Source: an uncultured Candidatus Saccharibacteria bacterium (GTDB lineage Bacteria; Patescibacteriota; Minisyncoccia; Phycocordibacterales; UBA9973). Taken from it: 64,000 nucleotides of DNA. This document shows positions 58,945 to 64,000 of the stretch, one piece after another. Within the stretch, counting starts at the first letter, position 1. Each line of letters begins with the position of its first letter. The position numbers were made by a program, and so were the translations under genes. A model generated the notes under the pieces. That model searched no databases and had not been told where the DNA came from. It saw nothing but the letters and a program-made list of their open reading frames with translations. The DNA lies in NCBI GenBank assembly GCA_964631935.1, contig CAZWAV010000003.1, positions 10,894 through 74,893 on the forward strand. Reading direction: 5' to 3'.

Positions 58945-61218
58945 TTATACTTCACAAAGACCTCCGACACAGGCGAGCTCACGCTTAACTTCTGTTTCAT
59001 CTTCTGTCTCATAAGTCACAATTTTAGAAAAATCTATCTCCCCAAGCCTTTTTGTCATTTCTTCATATTTTTCTTTTGTTATTGTTTCATATGGTGCCAA
59101 CTGATATACATGGTTTGATCTTGGAAGAAACGACAGACCTCCGACTAACTCCCAATTCTCATATATCCAATGTGCAACAGAAAGCCATTCGTCTTCGCCA
59201 ACAGAAATAGTCACCGATGGATTATGTTCAGTAAAATTCTTTTTTACTATTTTCCAGTGTTCTAGTTGTTCAATTGCATTTATATCATCTTTGCAAATAG
59301 CTCCCTCGGGGGCTTTAACCGGAAACTCGAGCACAAAGGTTGTAGCATTTTCTAATGTCTGACCGACCTCAGGGGAATATGGTACACCCTGATCTTTCAA
59401 CATATTAAATAGTGCATCAGTAGCTGAAATACGTATACGACGTATATAGTATGGGGCGTGCCTAGGATGCATACCAGAAGCACAATCAACAGTCTGAGAC
59501 ACAGTGCCAGAGGGCTTAACACAAGTAATGCAAGTCGATGGTCCCACACCGAAACGTTTAGCATATTTTTTGTTTGTTTCGATAGCAACTTGTTTCATCT
59601 TTTCTAGAATTTTTGGATTACGAACCGCCTCACAATCCCATTGTCCAGTAATAGAAACTCCGAGCAATCTTTCTGCTTCACAATTAGCTTTCCATTCTTT
59701 TGATAGATAAGGAAAATATGTAAGAGTGGATTGGTATGTACCTAAAATTGTTGCAACACGAATTTTTTTAATTAATGTATCTTCATTGTCTTCTGCTCGT
59801 GCTATAACCTCAGAAAGATTACAAAATTGTTTTGATTGCAAAATTATTTCCCCACAAGGGTTAGTCCCCCATGAAGGATACTGTCCATCTTTCCATTGAT
59901 TCAATCTCCTTTTGGGTAAAGTACCCGCAAGCCCACCACGATTAAATATTCCACGCTCTCCACTGCCACTTTTTACTAAAGCAATCCATTCTTCCATAAA
60001 TTCTGTTGTGGTTGGTTTTGAAAGATAGACAGCAGAATTATTGGCAAGCATTCTTTGCCCTTCTGAAATATAAAATTGCCCTGATTTAGAATCACGAATG
60101 GCTTCATCATCTAAATCAGAAAGAGATATCATTGCACTTCTACGCACTCCTCCAGCAACAACACATTCACCAATCTTACATATTATGTCGTGTGCATCAA
60201 GGTTAGATAAGTGTCTACCCTGGCGACGTAGCACCCGGGCACGAGTGAAATCAAGAAGCGAGTGTAGTGGTTCTGGGCCAGAACTTTTACCTCCCATTGT
60301 TTTCAAACGTGAACCAGCTGGGCGAATAAGGGAATAATCAAAATCAATATCCCCTCCTTCAAACCAAGTCTTAAGACCAAGACTAAGCGCATCCGCCCAG
60401 CCTTCTTTGGTGTCAGGGATTGTATGCGTTGGTAATTTTTTACCATTTTGTTTTTGAATTTGAGGAAGGGCCTGAATATTTTCACTTTCTACTGACCAAC
60501 CCACCCCTGTCCCACACATAGATATATACATAATTTCAGCAAAATCTTGAAATGTTTTAGGTGCGATAAATGAGCAATTATAAGCACAAACATTAGTTCG
60601 CCTTGCTGCCTTACCAGCAAACTGTAGGAGGCGCATGGAAGGCATTGATTCTTGACTTAGAATAGCCTCTCTAATTTCAGCATATTCACTTTCATTAAGT
60701 TTTGATCCAATATTATCTCGCATGAAATTTAGATACCTATCAACAGTCTCAATCCATGTTTCCCTGCGATCTTCTTCTGGGACCCATTTGGCATATGTAC
60801 GATAGTAGACCAGTTCAGCAAGTGGATTTCTAAAATATTTTTTACTTTCTGCTACAAGTTCTTTGACTTTTTCTGGGACAAAACCAACTTTCTGCCTCAC
60901 GAGCGAACGTTCGTTGCGATACAATATATAAGCTTTAGCTGTAGCTAAAAATCCAGAAGCAATCAATTCATTCTCAACAATATCTTGAATCGTTTCAACT
61001 GTTGGTATAAAAATTTTAATCTTTTTTTCTTTTTTGAGAGCAATAAGAGCATCTAATACTTTATACATTACAGTAGAAGCATGGGCCTCATCCCCTTCTC
61101 TTACAGACTGCATAGCACGAAAAACAGCACGACTAATGCGCTTCTCATCTAGGGGAACAATGGTACCATCGCGCTTTTGTATTCTTGAAAGTTGTTTATA
61201 TTTTTTATTATTTTTCAT
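58945..61218 (-). CDS. nrdJ: class II adenosylcobalamin-dependent ribonucleotide reductase with N-terminal ATP-cone
   Basis: ATP-cone (KRDGTIVPLDEKRISRAV), active-site NPCGEI, C-terminal redox Cys pair (CVGGLCEV); 757 aa. Confidence 0.85.
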   Translation of the reverse strand: MKNNKKYKQLSRIQKRDGTIVPLDEKRISRAVFRAMQSVREGDEAHASTVMYKVLDALIALKKEKKIKIFIPTVETIQDIVENELIASGFLATAKAYILYRNERSLVRQKVGFVPEKVKELVAESKKYFRNPLAELVYYRTYAKWVPEEDRRETWIETVDRYLNFMRDNIGSKLNESEYAEIREAILSQESMPSMRLLQFAGKAARRTNVCAYNCSFIAPKTFQDFAEIMYISMCGTGVGWSVESENIQALPQIQKQNGKKLPTHTIPDTKEGWADALSLGLKTWFEGGDIDFDYSLIRPAGSRLKTMGGKSSGPEPLHSLLDFTRARVLRRQGRHLSNLDAHDIICKIGECVVAGGVRRSAMISLSDLDDEAIRDSKSGQFYISEGQRMLANNSAVYLSKPTTTEFMEEWIALVKSGSGERGIFNRGGLAGTLPKRRLNQWKDGQYPSWGTNPCGEIILQSKQFCNLSEVIARAEDNEDTLIKKIRVATILGTYQSTLTYFPYLSKEWKANCEAERLLGVSITGQWDCEAVRNPKILEKMKQVAIETNKKYAKRFGVGPSTCITCVKPSGTVSQTVDCASGMHPRHAPYYIRRIRISATDALFNMLKDQGVPYSPEVGQTLENATTFVLEFPVKAPEGAICKDDINAIEQLEHWKIVKKNFTEHNPSVTISVGEDEWLSVAHWIYENWELVGGLSFLPRSNHVYQLAPYETITKEKYEEMTKRLGEIDFSKIVTYETEDETEVKRELACVGGLCEV

Positions 61219-61220
61219 AA

Positions 61221-61766
61221 TTATGCGTGATTATTCTTAAAGATAGAAATAATAGATGGTACTTCAAGTTTTCTATTTTCAACAACAAAAGTATATATTG
61301 CAGGGGATAAAATTAGAGAGAAACTCACATTTCCAATAAGATGCATAGCTGTAAATGGAATCTGTCCTATAAAAGCCTCAGTGAATGGTTGATGAAAGAA
61401 AATTGGGCCGATTAATAACCCTGTAACAATATCAAAAGCAAGGGTACCGATAATGGCAAATTTTACATAATTAATTGAGTTATTACTTTTATTTTTGAAA
61501 TAAAATCCTGCCCAAAGACCCAATAAGCCGTAAGCAGAGGCAGTTATAAATGTCCACATACCAACTTTCCCAGTTAGTATGTCGTAGAGCACAATACTAA
61601 GGAAGGCAAAAACGAATCCAGAAATTTTTCCATAGGCTTTTGCAAATGGCATTTGTGTTGCAAGAATTGGCTCTATGTTTGGCGGACGAAACGGAATAAG
61701 TCTTATTAAAAGACAAACAACAAATCCCACAACATACTTAAACCAGTTCTTTTTATATGTTTCCAT
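61221..61766 (-). CDS. small 5-6-TM membrane protein, possibly an ECF-transporter S-component-like vitamin carrier
   Basis: 181 aa, 5-6 helices, 3-nt gap to nrdJ; family assignment tentative. Confidence 0.35.
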   Translation of the reverse strand: METYKKNWFKYVVGFVVCLLIRLIPFRPPNIEPILATQMPFAKAYGKISGFVFAFLSIVLYDILTGKVGMWTFITASAYGLLGLWAGFYFKNKSNNSINYVKFAIIGTLAFDIVTGLLIGPIFFHQPFTEAFIGQIPFTAMHLIGNVSFSLILSPAIYTFVVENRKLEVPSIISIFKNNHA

Positions 61767-61903
61767 AATTTGAGGTACTTAAAACCACTTGGCAACACTA
61801 CAAGTGGGGTATATAATAATTATAGTTGCAAAGTTGCGAAACTACTAAACCAGTATACTCCCGAGTTGAAAACTTACGCAACAGTGGATAACTATCTTTT
61901 AAT

Positions 61904-62515
61904 ATGTTCTATTGTCGAGTAGCATATATAGAGACACTTTTATTAATTAATGAAATACACATAATGAAACAATACATTATAGATGACTCCCCTTTGGCAA
62001 AGTTCCTTTTTACAAATAAAAAGTCGGCGTGGATATGGCTTATCTTGCGTATCTATGTCGGTTTAGAGTGGCTTTCAGCTGGGTGGGAAAAGATCCACTC
62101 TGCAGTCTGGGTTGGACCAAATGCTGGTGGTGCAATTTCAGGTTTTATAAATGGTGCACTTTCAAAGACTGTAGGTGCTCACCCTGATGTGCAAGGTTGG
62201 TATGCTTATTTTTTACAAAATATTGTACTCCCCCATGCAAACACATGGTCACACGCAGTAGCATACGGTGAGGTATTGGTAGGTATCGCTCTTATTATAG
62301 GAGCATTTACTGGTATTGCAGCTTTCTTTGGACTTTTTATGAATCTAAATTATTTACTCGCTGGAACTGTGAGTACTAATCCAATCCTATTTACTTGTAG
62401 TATTGGTATTATTCTTGCATGGAGAGTTGCAGGCTATATTGGTATAGATAGCTATCTACTACCACATTTAGGGACTCCGTGGAAAAGGGACTTACCTCCA
62501 GTATCTGGGCTTTAA
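61904..62515 (+). CDS. DoxX-family membrane protein
   Basis: RIYVGLEWLSAGWEK and 4 TM helices; may start at the ATG at 61964 (MKQYIID). Confidence 0.6.
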   Translation: MFYCRVAYIETLLLINEIHIMKQYIIDDSPLAKFLFTNKKSAWIWLILRIYVGLEWLSAGWEKIHSAVWVGPNAGGAISGFINGALSKTVGAHPDVQGWYAYFLQNIVLPHANTWSHAVAYGEVLVGIALIIGAFTGIAAFFGLFMNLNYLLAGTVSTNPILFTCSIGIILAWRVAGYIGIDSYLLPHLGTPWKRDLPPVSGL

Positions 62516-62542
62516 AATTATTTAATAAAATTAAAAAATATT

Positions 62543-62908
62543 ATGAATACTGAAAAAAAGATGGAGTGGGCATTGAGGATTGGTGTGGCCGGTGAATTTA
62601 TAGGACATGGCGCATTGGCGCTTGGAGGCAAAGCAGATTGGGTTAGTTGGGTTCAGCAATTATCTGGCTTTAGTCAACCTGCCGCAATAAAAACTATTTT
62701 TATTATCGGAGTAGTAGATATAATTTTGGCAATTATAGTTCTTGTTAAGCCAATGAAGCCTTTACTCCTATGGATGGCATTCTGGGGATTTTTCACTGCA
62801 ATTTTACGTCCAATTGTTGGACAATCAATTTGGGATTTCGTAGAACGTTTTGCAAACTGGGGGGCACCACTTGCTTTGTATTTCTTATATAAATCAAAAA
62901 ATAATTAA
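62543..62908 (+). CDS. small DoxX-like membrane protein
   Basis: 121 aa, 3-4 TM, LRIGVAGEFIGHG resembles DoxX-like proteins. Confidence 0.45.
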   Translation: MNTEKKMEWALRIGVAGEFIGHGALALGGKADWVSWVQQLSGFSQPAAIKTIFIIGVVDIILAIIVLVKPMKPLLLWMAFWGFFTAILRPIVGQSIWDFVERFANWGAPLALYFLYKSKNN

Positions 62909-62917
62909 GTTTCCAAT

Positions 62918-62950
62918 AATAAAAGCCGACAAATGTCGGCTTTTATTATT
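62918..62950. terminator. bidirectional rho-independent terminator (doxX-like genes / tRNA-Leu)
   Basis: aaaagccgacaaatgtcggctttt hairpin with A and T flanks. Confidence 0.65.
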
Positions 62951-62951
62951 G

Positions 62952-63035
62952 TGCACGGGAGAAGATTTGAACTTCCAAGCCCTTGCGGGCGCTACCACCT
63001 CAAGGTAGTGCGTCTACCAATTTCGCCACCCGTGC
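62952..63035 (-). tRNA. tRNA-Leu (GAG)
   Basis: Reverse complement GCACGGGTGGCGAAATTGGTAGACGCACTACCTTGAGGTGGTAGCGCCCGCAAGGGCTTGGAAGTTCAAATCTTCTCCCGTGCA has anticodon loop CTTGAGGT and a long variable arm typical of Leu; no encoded CCA. Confidence 0.85.
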
Positions 63036-63083
63036 ATACAATGTAACTTTGGGAGTATAGCCGATTCTACCTATTTTATCAAC

Positions 63084-63108
63084 AAAAAATCCGCAGTGCG
63101 GATTTTTT
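63084..63108 (-). terminator. rho-independent terminator after rplS
   Basis: aaaaaatccgcagtgcggatttttt hairpin followed by T-run on the minus strand. Confidence 0.55.
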
Positions 63109-63111
63109 GTT

Positions 63112-63525
63112 TTATTCTGTAGTTGCTTGAGTTGATGCTTCTTCTGATTCCTTCTTTGTAAGGGTAATACTCTTTAGGCGCTTCTTCACTTCTTTCACTG
63201 CCTTTGTACGTATATAGTAGAGTTTGCTTCGACGAGTTTTTGATTGTCTTAGGACTTCGATCTTATCTAGGTTTGGAGAATATAATGGGAAAATACGCTC
63301 TACTCCAACACCTGAAGCAACTTTACGAATAGTAAATGTAGCCCCACTTTCTGTACCATGCTTACGAGCAAGTACTAGACCTTCAAAAGCCTGGAGACGA
63401 GTTTTTCCTTTTTCTTGAATCTTACTCCAGACACGTACAGTATCTCCAGCTTTAAAAATAAGCTTTTTGCGACCTTCTTGGTCGACTGAAGTAAATTTTT
63501 CTTTAGTTAATTCCGCTGATGTCAT
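63112..63525 (-). CDS. rplS: 50S ribosomal protein L19
   Basis: GDTVRVW....EKGKTRLQAFEGLVLA....G...TFT.RK...GVGVER.F is canonical L19. ATG at 63525 preferred over the TTG-extended call. Confidence 0.9.
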   Translation of the reverse strand: MTSAELTKEKFTSVDQEGRKKLIFKAGDTVRVWSKIQEKGKTRLQAFEGLVLARKHGTESGATFTIRKVASGVGVERIFPLYSPNLDKIEVLRQSKTRRSKLYYIRTKAVKEVKKRLKSITLTKKESEEASTQATTE

Positions 63526-63564
63526 AGGGCCTACTTTATCATATATAGGTATTTTAAGCAAGAA

Positions 63565-64000
63565 TTAAGCTTTTGGTAGATAGGTTTTTATAACCTTTTT
63601 GAAATCAGCTGGAAGTGGGGCTTCGACAGTCTTAATTTCCCCATTAGACAGACGAAATGTTACAGAGCAAGCGTGTAAGGCAAGGCGTTTCATTCCCAGA
63701 GCTTTTTCTTTTGCCCCACTATATAGAGGATCAGAAACTACAGGGTGATTTATATACCGCATATGAACTCTTATCTGGTGAGTACGACCAGTTTTCGGAT
63801 AAACCTCTACGTATGAGAATTGATGTTCAACTGTGACTTTACCTCTTTTTATATCAGTGAATCTATCGAGTACTACATACTCAGTAATAGCGTCACGTAG
63901 TGGTGGCCTTGCGCCACGTCCAGCCGTCCACATACGTATATCTTTCGGACTTCTACCAAGAGCAACATTTATAATTCCCCTCTTGCCTGTAGCAAGTGAT
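63565..64000 (-). CDS. RluA-family pseudouridine synthase (5'-truncated by window edge)
   Basis: GRTHQIRVH catalytic-region motif; reading frame continues open to position 64000. Confidence 0.8.
   Translation of the reverse strand, partial: SLATGKRGIINVALGRSPKDIRMWTAGRGARPPLRDAITEYVVLDRFTDIKRGKVTVEHQFSYVEVYPKTGRTHQIRVHMRYINHPVVSDPLYSGAKEKALGMKRLALHACSVTFRLSNGEIKTVEAPLPADFKKVIKTYLPKA

Noticed and set aside
58941-59012. N-terminal extensions of ORF-track calls (PduO 58941-59012 overlapping nrdJ; TTG/GTG-initiated extensions of recA, SIMPL, mscL, rplS, recJ and the fibre genes)
   Set aside because: Extensions lack homology support, overlap upstream genes or contain promoter elements. Internal ATG codons give N-termini matching family consensus
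1-64000. CRISPR arrays, rRNA genes or IS elements
   Set aside because: No regularly spaced short direct repeats, no rRNA-like conserved stretches and no transposase-like ORFs were seen. The only long DNA repeats are internal to surface-protein genes or are the duplicated fibre-gene 5' ends

Overview
This is a 64 kb, densely coding chromosomal segment of a low-GC, small-genome bacterium, and most genes are on the minus strand. Gene content and style fit a reduced monoderm lineage, possibly CPR/Patescibacteria-like (inference). Supporting signs are a Gram-positive-type Cheo/LexA box at recA, BdbC-like and VKOR disulfide oxidoreductases, peptidoglycan-anchored giant surface proteins, tRNAs without an encoded CCA, frequent TTG/GTG-extended ORF calls and a type IV pilus/competence gene set. 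Housekeeping genes present are recA, efp, the secE-nusG-rplK cluster, the str operon rpsL-rpsG-fusA, rpmB, rplS, tpiA-pgk, rnhA, recJ, sod, msrA, tRNA-His and tRNA-Leu. Accessory content includes a MacAB-like ABC efflux operon with an HlyD adaptor; two tandem tail-fibre-like paralogs with duplicated promoter and 5' end and a C-terminal intramolecular-chaperone (Peptidase_S74-like) domain; a 1391-aa beta-propeller surface protein with a peptidoglycan-binding domain; a pilB-pilC-pilin-PilX-like operon; and a split comEC. The window also carries a redox/dNTP island: class I nrdAB plus thioredoxin-like, BdbC/DsbB-like and CutA genes. That island is bracketed by two paralogous ~580-aa, ~8%-Cys multi-CxxC proteins of unrecognised family, and I flag these as the most likely undescribed system. 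Separately there is a class II B12-dependent RNR (nrdJ) with an adjacent PduO-type adenosyltransferase, an ArsR regulator, and an MscL with a C-terminal zinc ribbon. I saw no CRISPR array, rRNA or clear mobile element.
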